The position numbers were made by a program, and so were the translations under genes. 36,754 nucleotides of DNA from Candidatus Poribacteria bacterium (GTDB taxonomy: Bacteria; Poribacteria; WGA-4E; UBA9662), in the NCBI GenBank assembly GCA_046582655.1, contig JAYGDX010000375.1:1-36754 (forward strand). The letters are read 5' to 3'. Shown one piece after another: positions 18,750 through 28,398 of this stretch (position 1 is its first letter; each line of letters starts with the position of its first letter). Under the pieces are notes generated by a model. It saw only the letters and a program-made list of their open reading frames with translations. It was not told where the DNA came from and did not search any database.

Positions 18750-20396
18750 ATGCCTGCGGAAAAGGTAGCGGGAACGTCGAATATTCTGTTTATGATGGTC
18801 GATCAAATGCGAGCCGATTATATGGGGTGTGCGGGGAATCCATGGATTCAAACGCCGGGGTTGGATCGCTTGGCGGCAGAGGGCACGCGGTTTTCGCAGT
18901 GTGTAACACCAGTGCCAGTATGTATGGCAGCGCGGCATTCCTTTATGACAGGTTTGCGGTGTGCAACGCACAGTCGGTTTGCAAACAATGTGCCAAATCC
19001 AGATCCTTTGCATTATACATTGATGCAGTTGCTAGGGTTTGTAGGATATCGTACCCAAGCGATCGGCAAGATGCATTTTCGTCCGGTTCGGCGCCACCAT
19101 GGATTCCACCGGATGGAATTGATGGAGGAGATTCCGGATTATCAGCAAGACGATGAGTATTTGATGTATTTGAAGGCAAAGGGATATGGGCACAAGCGAG
19201 AGGTGCACGGTGTGCGCAACCTGCTCTACCATCTGCCGCAAGTATCAGTGATTCCGGAAGAGCATCATGGTAGTACGTGGGTGGCGGATCGCACTATTGA
19301 CTTTTTGCGCTACAATCGTGATAAGCCGTTTTTCTGCTGGTCGAGCTGGATCGCGCCCCATCCACCATGGAATCCTCCAGAGCCGTTTGCAAGTATGTAT
19401 GAAAGTGAGGATATGCCGTTGCCGATCAATTACGACCGAGATATTGAGACCATTCCGCCGCAGAAGCGTGGGATGGTGAATTTTGCGGATATGGGGTACG
19501 CGCCATCCGAGCGTTTGCAGCGAGTGAAGGCGCTTTATAGTGGGAACATCAGTTTGATTGACAAGGGAATAGGGCGAATTTTAAGAGCGCTGGATGAATT
19601 GGGTCTGGCGGAGAATACGTTGGTGGTATTTGCATCGGATCACGGTGAAATGCTGGGCGATCATGGACAGTGGCAGAAGAACAGCCCATTTGAGGCGAGC
19701 GTGCGGGTGCCTATGCTGGCGCGCTTGCCCAGTCGATTTGCCGCTGGCGCAGTGAATGAAGATCTGGTGAGTTTGCTGGATCTCATGCCGACGATGCTAG
19801 AATTGGCCGAGGTGGATTACCCTGGCCAACCAGCGCTACTGGGCACTTCCCTGTTGGGATGCGAAGGCGGTGGGTTGGCGCAGAAGCGAGAAGATTATGT
19901 GGTTGAGATCGGGCATGGGGCGAGTCGATGGCTTTCCCTTCGCGGGCATAGATGGAAATACAATTACTGGATGGCCGATGGTTGGGAGGAGTTGCTTGAC
20001 TTGGACAATGATCCGCAAGAGTTGAATAATTTGTTGCTGGGTAAAGTGAATGCTGAAGATAGCCGGCGTGCGGATGCGATGAAGGCCAAGTTGACTGCTT
20101 GGGAAGTGGCCCACGGATTTGAGGATTCTCTGGATGAAAATGGGGTACTGAGAAACTTTGGACGTCCCCCAACTGACCATACGAAGATGGGGACGAATGG
20201 TCAGTTCCCACGATGGGTGGCACGTTTGCCTGACGATGAACGCGCAGTAATGGAGAGTCGAGGAGAGACAGTGCTCAATGCGATTCGAAAGGAAGATACC
20301 TTTATGCTTGAAGAGATTAACCTGAAGGCGTTTAAAGAAAATGGAGGGAGTCTGGCGGGCACGCCACAGCAACGGTTACTGGATGAGGTAGAGTGA
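18750..20396 (+). CDS. Cys-type sulfatase (CxAxR variant)
   Basis: NILFMMVDQMR, PVCMAAR, GKMH, APHPP, SDHGE; AAGGAG RBS. Confidence 0.92.
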   Translation: MPAEKVAGTSNILFMMVDQMRADYMGCAGNPWIQTPGLDRLAAEGTRFSQCVTPVPVCMAARHSFMTGLRCATHSRFANNVPNPDPLHYTLMQLLGFVGYRTQAIGKMHFRPVRRHHGFHRMELMEEIPDYQQDDEYLMYLKAKGYGHKREVHGVRNLLYHLPQVSVIPEEHHGSTWVADRTIDFLRYNRDKPFFCWSSWIAPHPPWNPPEPFASMYESEDMPLPINYDRDIETIPPQKRGMVNFADMGYAPSERLQRVKALYSGNISLIDKGIGRILRALDELGLAENTLVVFASDHGEMLGDHGQWQKNSPFEASVRVPMLARLPSRFAAGAVNEDLVSLLDLMPTMLELAEVDYPGQPALLGTSLLGCEGGGLAQKREDYVVEIGHGASRWLSLRGHRWKYNYWMADGWEELLDLDNDPQELNNLLLGKVNAEDSRRADAMKAKLTAWEVAHGFEDSLDENGVLRNFGRPPTDHTKMGTNGQFPRWVARLPDDERAVMESRGETVLNAIRKEDTFMLEEINLKAFKENGGSLAGTPQQRLLDEVE

Positions 20397-20790
20397 TAGA
20401 CCGTAGAAATCCACAGAAAATCTGACCGCATCGGTCTTGCTACTGCACTAAAGACACAAGTAAACCAATGTTAGAGTGTATTCGGTTAAACAGAACTTTA
20501 TTAGGCTTAAGATTGAGCCTTTTAGGACTTCATATCTTCACATGTCTTCAGGGTACTCAGGTACTTCCTTTATCTCCATTTGGAACGTATGTCTTCGGTT
20601 TCTCCCGATTTGCCATCTCCCCTGGCAAGTTACTTATGGATCTATGCATTGGGAAAACAAGATAAAGTCTAATTGAGGGGGAATAAAATATTACTCGGTA
20701 GAATTCTGCAGTGTTCTACCTGGCAACATCATAGTATGACTATTGATAACCACCTTTGAAAGCAAACTCGAAACAACGCTCATCGAAGGT

Positions 20791-21894
20791 TTAGAATATT
20801 GTATTCAGATGATCGGCGATTTTCTTCCCTAGTTCCGTTGTACTCAACTGTCCTCCAAGATCCGGGGTTCCAACATCTGGTGTCTCCATTACTTGGCGTA
20901 CCGCAGCCTCTATCAGGTTTGCCGCGTGTTCAGTTCGTTGGTCATGATAGCGTTGACCTAGCCATTTCAGCATCATGGAGACTGAGAGGATAGTCCCAAC
21001 CGGGTTCGCAATACCTTGACCAGCTATATCCGGTGCAGTACCGTGCGAAGGCTGGAATACGGCGGTATCCTCACCAATATCTGCCGAAGGAGCCATCCCC
21101 ATTCCACCCACTAAACCCGCAGCCAGATCGGAGAGAATATCTCCGTACATATTTTCGGTAACGATGACATCGTACGTGTCAGGTCGCTGTACCAGATACA
21201 ATGTCATCGCATCAATATAAGCATAATCACGTGTGATTTCTGGATAATCTTGCGCAATTTGGTCGTAGATACTCCGAAAGAAAGCCATTGACTTAAAAAT
21301 GTTAGCTTTGTCAACGCAAGTTACCTTCATTGGAGATTTGTTCCGCTCTTTTGCCAGTTTGAAGGCGTATTTTACAATGCGTTCTGTTCCAGATCTAGTG
21401 ATGACCATCGAATCAACTGCTACTTGCCCACGTAATTCAATTCCAGCATTCATAGAGGCAAAAAGCCCTTCCACGTTCTCACGCAGAATCACCAGATCGA
21501 TATTACCCGTATCCATCCCTTTCAATGGTGTGTGATTTGGATGATACAGATAAATTGGGCGAACTCCAGCATATAGATCTAATTTAAATCGCAGATCAAC
21601 CTGCGGTCTCATTTCAGTACCATCAGGCCAGCGCACATCTGGAAGTCCCATCGCACCGAGAAGTATGGCTTCTGCTCGACGGCATCCTTCCAGAGTTGAT
21701 TCAGGCAATGGATCACCCTGATCCAAATAGCATTGTGCTCCGCACGGATATTGTATGAAGTGACAAATCTGACCAATATGATTCTCCACCGTTTCAATAA
21801 TACGAATCGATTCATCCACAACTTCAGGTCCAATTCCATCACCCTTCAAAACGGCAATTTGATAAACACGGTTTTCCAAAGTACTTCTCTCCAA
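20791..21894 (-). CDS. Isocitrate/isopropylmalate/tartrate dehydrogenase family beta-decarboxylating dehydrogenase
   Basis: GDGIGPEV, LRFKLDLYAGVRP, RENVEGLF, DKAN, NMYGDILSDL, QPSHGTAPDIAG; exact start uncertain. Confidence 0.9.
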   Translation of the reverse strand: MERSTLENRVYQIAVLKGDGIGPEVVDESIRIIETVENHIGQICHFIQYPCGAQCYLDQGDPLPESTLEGCRRAEAILLGAMGLPDVRWPDGTEMRPQVDLRFKLDLYAGVRPIYLYHPNHTPLKGMDTGNIDLVILRENVEGLFASMNAGIELRGQVAVDSMVITRSGTERIVKYAFKLAKERNKSPMKVTCVDKANIFKSMAFFRSIYDQIAQDYPEITRDYAYIDAMTLYLVQRPDTYDVIVTENMYGDILSDLAAGLVGGMGMAPSADIGEDTAVFQPSHGTAPDIAGQGIANPVGTILSVSMMLKWLGQRYHDQRTEHAANLIEAAVRQVMETPDVGTPDLGGQLSTTELGKKIADHLNTIF

Positions 21895-22007
21895 TTTGTA
21901 CTAAATCCATTTTTATTCTATGGTTACCGCCAAATCCAACAGGGGCGTACGAATGAAACTTTAATGAGCTCTCCTTTTGCAAATCTATGCCAAAGATCAA
22001 CATTTAT

Positions 22008-23030
22008 CTATGTTTCCATTCCGGAAACTAGTCCAACCTTTTTGAAAAAAGATTTTTTTAACGGCGTGTTAATCTTCCATTGGGTCGGTACAGACTGAAA
22101 TCCATCTTCGTAATCATTCTGACCAGGATCAAAATATCCCCATGAGCAATAGCTACTTATTGCTGCCAGCATATTATTTTTCGGCAGATCAAATTTGAAG
22201 TGGTCATCCTCATTAATCATGATAGGTTTAGGCGTGTAGACAGGCAACTGTCTGACTTGATCTACCATTTGGGAAATACGGTCGGGATCCTTCACACCGT
22301 TTCCATGCATTAAGACATAATCCGCAACTTGCACAACGTTCGATTTAGCTACAGTTCCTCCACCATAACTGGTACTGACTAGCAATCGGTTAGATCCCTC
22401 TGTTCGCTCAATAACATGAGAGATCAATTCGTGAACCCGTTCCGGCTGAAGAATCTGGTGATTATATCGAACGTTACATTCGTTATTGATTTCCAACAGA
22501 ACGTGTTGGTAGCGGTGACCAAGAATCCAGTCAATGGTATTGTCCAAAGCTTTAATTACAGTTGACTCATCAAGAAGCCGCTGATCCTGACCGAAGTAGA
22601 AAACTCCCAAATTGACGACCATGCCAAGTTCATCAGCCCGATCCATGATTTTCTCCAAGCGATTCATATAATCCAGACGTAACATGCCGTCTTCTGTTAC
22701 GGCAGAATTATGCCATGGTTGATTTTTAGAATATCCTTCCGGACTGCCACCCTGTAAATTGATGTTAAAGCAAAGTAATCCATAAGCTCGCCAATCCGGC
22801 ATTGCATCCAAAAACTCCTGCGTGTTGCGTTCCGGATCCCATTTACCTGTGTCGGGATAGACCCAGCGGTCAGCAGTTTCTGGGTTCAGGTCGTCAAAAA
22901 TCCCTTGTACCATTCGGGAATTGAGGAGTAAACCTTCAATTTTTTTGCCTTGCCATACTCTACCTTCGTATGTTGGTTTATTATTGATGAAAAACATATC
23001 TCCTTTGATTGATATAACTGTTTTCCCCAT
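22008..23030 (-). CDS. Hypothetical protein, glycoside hydrolase-like (clan GH-A TIM barrel)
   Basis: R..KIMDRADELGMVV, LEINNEC (putative acid/base) and KPIMINEDD (putative nucleophile); AGGAG RBS. Confidence 0.55.
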   Translation of the reverse strand: MGKTVISIKGDMFFINNKPTYEGRVWQGKKIEGLLLNSRMVQGIFDDLNPETADRWVYPDTGKWDPERNTQEFLDAMPDWRAYGLLCFNINLQGGSPEGYSKNQPWHNSAVTEDGMLRLDYMNRLEKIMDRADELGMVVNLGVFYFGQDQRLLDESTVIKALDNTIDWILGHRYQHVLLEINNECNVRYNHQILQPERVHELISHVIERTEGSNRLLVSTSYGGGTVAKSNVVQVADYVLMHGNGVKDPDRISQMVDQVRQLPVYTPKPIMINEDDHFKFDLPKNNMLAAISSYCSWGYFDPGQNDYEDGFQSVPTQWKINTPLKKSFFKKVGLVSGMET

Positions 23031-23129
23031 ATAATCTCCTGATTCAAAGTTAATGGATAAGCCTCTGATTTCAACTTTCTTTGATTATATTGAAGTGAAA
23101 CGATTCTTCAAGATTTCTTACTGTTTTTC

Positions 23130-24572
23130 TTAAAAACCCGAGACTCTTGGCGATCCAATATCAACAGCGAATGCGAGCGCGTCAAAGTTCTGTTGCATTA
23201 GCCGGAATCGTATCTCTCTGTAGTCTGAATTAGTCCATAGATTATCAAACTCACCAGGGTCATGTTCCAAATCAAATAATTCACCGAGTTCATGTCCATG
23301 ATAGTTGATTAACTTATACCGCTGATCCCGAATCATCGTCGCGTATGACTCAGTCCCAGATAAGACTTTGCAGTATTCTGATCTTACAGAATCACGATGG
23401 TAATCGGCGTTAGTTGAGCCTGTCAAGATCGGCAGGAGAGATTGTCCTTGCATCGTCTCTGGAATTGGCAGATCGGCAATTTCTAATAGCGTCGGCACAA
23501 TATCAACAAGTTCCACTAACGCGCTGCTCTGCAAACCTTGCTTGAATTGATCTGGATAAGACAGAATTAACGGTACACGTACTAGGGCTTCATAGAAACG
23601 GCAACCTTTCAGGCGAAGGCCGTGATCCCCTGTCATATCACCATGATCAGAGGTGAAAACGACGATAGTGTTATTTCGCTGACCCGTTTCATCGAGTGCT
23701 TGCAGAATTCGTCCAACATTTTGATCAATAAGTTCAATCATGGCCCAGTACTGTGCTTGATATAGTTTTCCGTTAAAGTCTGCTGGATCGATTGATTCAG
23801 TCTGAAACCTGATGTCAGACAAACAGCGTTGCGCTTCAATATCAGACGCTTGAAAAAGAGGACCGGGTAACGATTCGAGATCGAACCGATCTACATATTC
23901 CTGTGGTGCATCAAACGGTGCGTGCGGATCAAAGCAATTAAAGCTAAATAACCATGGAGTATGGCGAGACTGGGTGATGAAATCAATAGCTCGGTTTGCG
24001 CACCAAGTTGTCTGATGACATTCCACTGGAATATAACCATGCTGATCCATTAGTTCTTTGTAATCGTAACCCTGGTTCTTAAGCCAATCAATGTAAGCAT
24101 GACCCTCAGGCCAGTCATCACCTGGATGGTGAGACCAATCAAAAACACGATAACCATCATTAACTCTGGGTTCAATTCGTCCTTGCGCGCCCGATAGGTG
24201 GAATTTACCAGCCAAACCACAATCATAACCAGCATCAGCCAAGGTTTTGGTAATCAGTGGGGCGGCATCATCCCAAACTTCATTGCCATTGATACATCCA
24301 TGAACAGTAGAAGGATACATTCCAGTTAGGAAACTAGCTCGGCTAGGAGTACATATTGGAGACTGACAATGCGCGTGTGTAAAGGCAACCCCAGTTTCCA
24401 CGAGACTATCAATATTAGGTGTTTGAATATGTGGATTACCGAGGGCGCGGATGGTATCGTACCTTTGTTGGTCGGTACATAGCCACAGGATGTTCGGTAG
24501 TTGCTGGTCTTTTTTCATCCGATTCTTTTCCTTAATTTGTTGATTTATTGCTAACTTTGTTGATTCCATCAA
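23130..24572 (-). CDS. Cys-type sulfatase (start may be ATG 24518)
   Basis: PNILWLCTDQQR, CTPSRASFLTG, GKFH, DPHAP, SDHGD. Confidence 0.93.
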   Translation of the reverse strand: MMESTKLAINQQIKEKNRMKKDQQLPNILWLCTDQQRYDTIRALGNPHIQTPNIDSLVETGVAFTHAHCQSPICTPSRASFLTGMYPSTVHGCINGNEVWDDAAPLITKTLADAGYDCGLAGKFHLSGAQGRIEPRVNDGYRVFDWSHHPGDDWPEGHAYIDWLKNQGYDYKELMDQHGYIPVECHQTTWCANRAIDFITQSRHTPWLFSFNCFDPHAPFDAPQEYVDRFDLESLPGPLFQASDIEAQRCLSDIRFQTESIDPADFNGKLYQAQYWAMIELIDQNVGRILQALDETGQRNNTIVVFTSDHGDMTGDHGLRLKGCRFYEALVRVPLILSYPDQFKQGLQSSALVELVDIVPTLLEIADLPIPETMQGQSLLPILTGSTNADYHRDSVRSEYCKVLSGTESYATMIRDQRYKLINYHGHELGELFDLEHDPGEFDNLWTNSDYREIRFRLMQQNFDALAFAVDIGSPRVSGF

Positions 24573-24580
24573 CCGGGAAA

Positions 24581-25723
24581 TTAGATTAAGCAGTTGATAA
24601 AATCTGTGTCACTGATATAAGTAGCTAATGCATCTAGATCCAATTGGACGCTCAGTCCTGGCGTATCCGGAATAGGAAGCATGCCATCTTCATCTAATGA
24701 CCATGGTTGGGCTACTATTCCGTCGACATAGGGGGAGTTGGCAATATATTCAACTAGATCCGTTTCTGCGAAAGCTGAAGCCAGTTGCAGATCTGTTGCT
24801 AAGCCGACAGCTGTGTTCCAACCGTGCGGAATGAACTTGACACCATGCTCCTGTGCCATCCAGGCAATACGGCGCGATTCAGTAATACCCCCAACTTTGG
24901 TGACATCCGGTTGTACAATGTCGAATGCTCCTTCTTCTAACCAAGGTTGGAAAGATTGGCGGCGGGTCAGTACTTCTCCTCCTGCAATTGGCAGAGGGGC
25001 TGTTTGTCGAAGCAAGGCATAATCTTTGAGCGCATCCGGTTTTAAGGGTTCTTCAAACCAATAGACATCGTATTCAGCCAGCATGTGTGCCGTTTGAACC
25101 GCCCATTTATATCCTTGTGACCAGAAAGCATCGCTGCCTCCCGCATCAACCATCAGCCAATCGTTTGGACCAATGGTTTCCCGTGCAGTGGATACGATGG
25201 CTTCGTCAACTTGGCTACTTTCACGCCCAAACTGCCCCCATCCGATTTTGAAAGCTCGGAATCCATTTTCTTTGAATTGGATGAGTTTATCCCTCAATTT
25301 AGCAGGTTCTTCTATTAGTAACGAAGCATAAGGTTTTACTCGATCCCTAAATCTCCCGCCGAGTAACCGTCCCACGGGTTGTTGTGTCGCTTGACCAAGC
25401 AGATCCCAAAGAGCGATATCGATTCCACTAATGGTATGGGTGATGGATCCGCCTCTGCCAAGCCAGAACATGTTCTGGCGAAGTTTTTCTGTTACTCGTT
25501 CTGGTTCTAAAGCATTTTCATTTTGGTAAAGCGGTTTAAGAACTGATAGTGAAGCCTCAACAAGCTGATGGTTGGTGAAGACCGATCCTAAACCAATTAA
25601 GCCTTCATCTGTCACAACAGCAATCAAGGTGTGAACACAGTCATCCTGCTCAAGCTCATCACTCCATCCACCTTCCGGAGTCCCACCATATAAGCCGGCG
25701 GATCGAATTTCCTTAATTCTCAT
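24581..25723 (-). CDS. Mandelate racemase/muconate lactonizing enzyme family protein; start ATG 25723
   Basis: MRIKEI, SGIDIALWDL, FKIGWG, MVDAG, EEP, GGE, QPD, IPHGW; GAAGGA RBS. Confidence 0.92.
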   Translation of the reverse strand: MRIKEIRSAGLYGGTPEGGWSDELEQDDCVHTLIAVVTDEGLIGLGSVFTNHQLVEASLSVLKPLYQNENALEPERVTEKLRQNMFWLGRGGSITHTISGIDIALWDLLGQATQQPVGRLLGGRFRDRVKPYASLLIEEPAKLRDKLIQFKENGFRAFKIGWGQFGRESSQVDEAIVSTARETIGPNDWLMVDAGGSDAFWSQGYKWAVQTAHMLAEYDVYWFEEPLKPDALKDYALLRQTAPLPIAGGEVLTRRQSFQPWLEEGAFDIVQPDVTKVGGITESRRIAWMAQEHGVKFIPHGWNTAVGLATDLQLASAFAETDLVEYIANSPYVDGIVAQPWSLDEDGMLPIPDTPGLSVQLDLDALATYISDTDFINCLI

Positions 25724-25746
25724 TTGGTATCCTTCTGACAACAAAT

Positions 25747-27237
25747 TTACTCAGCCAAAACTTCAGATGGATAGTGTTGACCAATGATCTCTGTGAGCAT
25801 CTCCAAATCATGAGATCCTCCTTTAGCCCCCCGAATGATATTTCGATCAACTGTCCAGTGATCCCGATACCAGCAGCAGTTTTCGAACATATCGTTGAGA
25901 CCTCTCATACGCTCAACGAGCATATCCTGGTAATGTTTGAGTTGAGTCCTACTGGATGGATTGTCTGCAAGGTTGGTCAGTTGATATGGATCGGTGGTAT
26001 TATTGAAGAGGTATTCTTTTCCGTCCTTTCGATAAACAGCGTAGGTATAACGTTTGTCTCTCAATGCGCGCCACTCTGTTCCGTTCCGCCAAGCAGCAGT
26101 TGTGCCCATACCTTGTAGAAATGCAGCATCTGGCTCAAAGCCTGATCGACCATAAGCACTATGACTCAAGTTATTGCCTTCTGCTTCTGATGGGACAGGC
26201 AAATCCATTAGAGATAGGATTGTCGGCATGATGTCTGGTGTGTTCAGACAGGTATCGGTTGTTGATTCAGGGGGGATTTCTCCCGACCACCTGACCAGAA
26301 ATGGGACACGGCAAGCTTCTTCATAGAAAATATTTTTGGCACATCTGCCATGTGATCCAAACATTTCGCCGTGATCCGAAGTGAACACCAAAATTGTATC
26401 TTCAACAATCCCAAGTTGTTCAATAGCTTCCACGATTTTGCCGAGATTCCAGTCAATGTTCGCTGTTTGTGCATAGTATCCATGCATGTCGTCCTTAAGT
26501 CTGTTGGCGTAATCGTCTCCCATGTTACCCCAAGTATCAGCATATGGATCTTGTCCAGCAGAATAATTCGGACGGAATGGTATGTCGACATCTTTAAATA
26601 CATCTGCGTATTCAGCAGGAACATTTTCCGAATGCCACGGGTCATGGGGAGGTCCCCAAGAAAGAAATAAGGCAAAGGGATCATCTTTTAGGTAGACGTC
26701 CTTGATAAACTCAATTGCCATTTCTGTTTGTGCATTGGGTTCATAATCTTTGTATGGAATTGGTTGGCATGTATTATTAAAGTAGGAGGCATTGTAAGAA
26801 TTGTGATTGAAGTTATAGCCCGCCCAGTATCCATCGAAGCCAAGCCGATACGGACTAGGAGGTACGAAGGCATTTCGGGCTTTGTCATGGTTACCTAATT
26901 CGTTTGCCCAAAGATGCCATTTGCCGATATAGGCGGTTTGATAATTGTGGTCAGTTAATACGTGTCCAAAACACTGGTGATTGGGACTCAATCGAAGTTC
27001 GTTGATGACCAGGCCGTGGCTGCTTTGATATTTTCCTGTTAAAAGTGAAGCTCGATACGGAGCGCAAACAGGCGAACAGGAAGTTGCGTTGATAAAACTG
27101 ATTCCTTGGTTTGCCAGTCGATCCATGTTTGGAGTTTGAGCAAATGGATCTCCGGCAAATCCGCAGGCTTGGTACCGAAGTTGATCAGCAAAAAGATAGA
27201 TCAGGTTTGGTCTTTTTTTGATCATGGTATCCTGCAT
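25747..27237 (-). CDS. Cys-type sulfatase
   Basis: RPNLIYLFADQ, CAPYRASLLTG, GKWH, PPHDP, SDHGE. Confidence 0.93.
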   Translation of the reverse strand: MQDTMIKKRPNLIYLFADQLRYQACGFAGDPFAQTPNMDRLANQGISFINATSCSPVCAPYRASLLTGKYQSSHGLVINELRLSPNHQCFGHVLTDHNYQTAYIGKWHLWANELGNHDKARNAFVPPSPYRLGFDGYWAGYNFNHNSYNASYFNNTCQPIPYKDYEPNAQTEMAIEFIKDVYLKDDPFALFLSWGPPHDPWHSENVPAEYADVFKDVDIPFRPNYSAGQDPYADTWGNMGDDYANRLKDDMHGYYAQTANIDWNLGKIVEAIEQLGIVEDTILVFTSDHGEMFGSHGRCAKNIFYEEACRVPFLVRWSGEIPPESTTDTCLNTPDIMPTILSLMDLPVPSEAEGNNLSHSAYGRSGFEPDAAFLQGMGTTAAWRNGTEWRALRDKRYTYAVYRKDGKEYLFNNTTDPYQLTNLADNPSSRTQLKHYQDMLVERMRGLNDMFENCCWYRDHWTVDRNIIRGAKGGSHDLEMLTEIIGQHYPSEVLAE

Positions 27238-27287
27238 AGAAATGCCTTATAGTTGTGAGTTCCATTGTCCTTGCTGATACATCTCGG

Positions 27288-27316
27288 AGTTTAGTATGCC
27301 GTCACTGAAATGTCAA
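27288..27316 (-). promoter_or_regulatory. Sigma70-type promoter of the minus-strand sulfatase operon
   Basis: On the minus strand: TTGACA (27316-27311), 17 nt spacer, TAAACT (27293-27288). Confidence 0.65.
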
Positions 27317-27463
27317 GACCGATAGTTATTATCTTTCAGGATGCATTTGCAGATAACTGGGTTTTTATGTCTATTTTTATTGGCAAAATTAAACAATCGG
27401 AAGCTTAATGGAGCAACGAAATTTAGGTGCAGTTATGAATTAGCCGCAATTTTAAAATAATTC

Positions 27464-27493
27464 TTGAGAAATAATTAACATTCATGTTACAAT
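27464..27493 (+). promoter_or_regulatory. Sigma70-type promoter with extended -10 for the exported-protein operon
   Basis: TTGAGA (27464-27469), 18 nt spacer containing TG, TACAAT (27488-27493). Confidence 0.5.
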
Positions 27494-27546
27494 CCTAACC
27501 AATGTTTTACCACTCAAAATTAAATCAATGTAGGAATAATATCGTA

Positions 27547-28320
27547 ATGAAAAGTACCAATTTGATTTTCAGGATAGTAGTGTTGTTCGTTGTTTTATCC
27601 ATTGCAAGTCCGTTATTTGCTAAGTTGCAAAGCGACGACTTTAATGGTTCCAAGCTGGGTACTATCTGGAAAATCGATAATCCGAAAAAAGCTAAATGGG
27701 AAGTTAATAATGGTAACCTGAAGGTCGTCGGCGGTATCAATGCAAATGTCTGGGGCGGTGCTGACGCAACATTTTACTATCAGGAGACTGACCAAAAATC
27801 ATTTGACGTTGAAACAACAGTGGTTGTTGATTATGCCAAAGGAAGTACGGTAACAGGGATCCTTATTCTATCAGAGACAACCAAGGATAAGGGAGGTCGT
27901 AACCCGGAATGGATCACCCTTAAGCTTTGGGGTCGCGGTGGTGGTGACAATAATGCTGTGTTACAGTATCAGCGTCGGGAAGACGATGGCCTTGAAGGGC
28001 TTGTTGGCACACAACCGGATTACATACCCCCTGCCGGCATCATTCCGATTTCACTCCGCGTAAAGCGCGACGGAAACACCTATGAGTCTTGGTTTAAGCC
28101 AAATGCCAAAGGCGACTGGGTTTCAGTAGGTAAGGTCGATTATGTGCTTAATGACCCTCTCAAGGTTGGTATTTATGCAGGTATTGCTGAAGATGCAGAG
28201 GCAGATGGGAGGAAACTAACGGCTGAATTCGATTATTTCCACGAAGCTTCTTCTAAGTCAACCTCCGTTAATCCCAAGAATCGACTTGCCATCAAGTGGG
28301 GCGAAATTAAGAACAAATAG
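27547..28320 (+). CDS. Secreted ConA/LamG-like (DUF1349-like) beta-sandwich protein with C-terminal W-G-x-I-K tail; start likely ATG 27547
   Basis: Signal peptide ending PLFA, DDFNGSKL..W, LRVKRDGN, VGIYAG, AEFDYF; tail SVNPKNRLAIKWGEIKNK. Confidence 0.7.
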   Translation: MKSTNLIFRIVVLFVVLSIASPLFAKLQSDDFNGSKLGTIWKIDNPKKAKWEVNNGNLKVVGGINANVWGGADATFYYQETDQKSFDVETTVVVDYAKGSTVTGILILSETTKDKGGRNPEWITLKLWGRGGGDNNAVLQYQRREDDGLEGLVGTQPDYIPPAGIIPISLRVKRDGNTYESWFKPNAKGDWVSVGKVDYVLNDPLKVGIYAGIAEDAEADGRKLTAEFDYFHEASSKSTSVNPKNRLAIKWGEIKNK

Positions 28321-28339
28321 GGTTCAGGATTCTAATTTT

Positions 28340-28379
28340 ATTAAAAGCGTAGTTACCTGTTCGTAACTGCGCTTTTAAT
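28340..28379 (+). terminator. Intergenic hairpin (intrinsic terminator-like or mRNA-stabilising)
   Basis: ATTAAAAGCGTAGTTAC-ctgttc-GTAACTGCGCTTTTAAT: 17 bp stem with one G-U pair, followed by a T run. Confidence 0.7.
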
Positions 28380-28398
28380 TTTTCAAGGAGAATAACTA

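Noticed and set aside
20397..20790. Short ORFs 20468-20665 and 20476-20676 and a possible minus-strand relic
   Set aside because: No RBS or recognisable motif in any frame.
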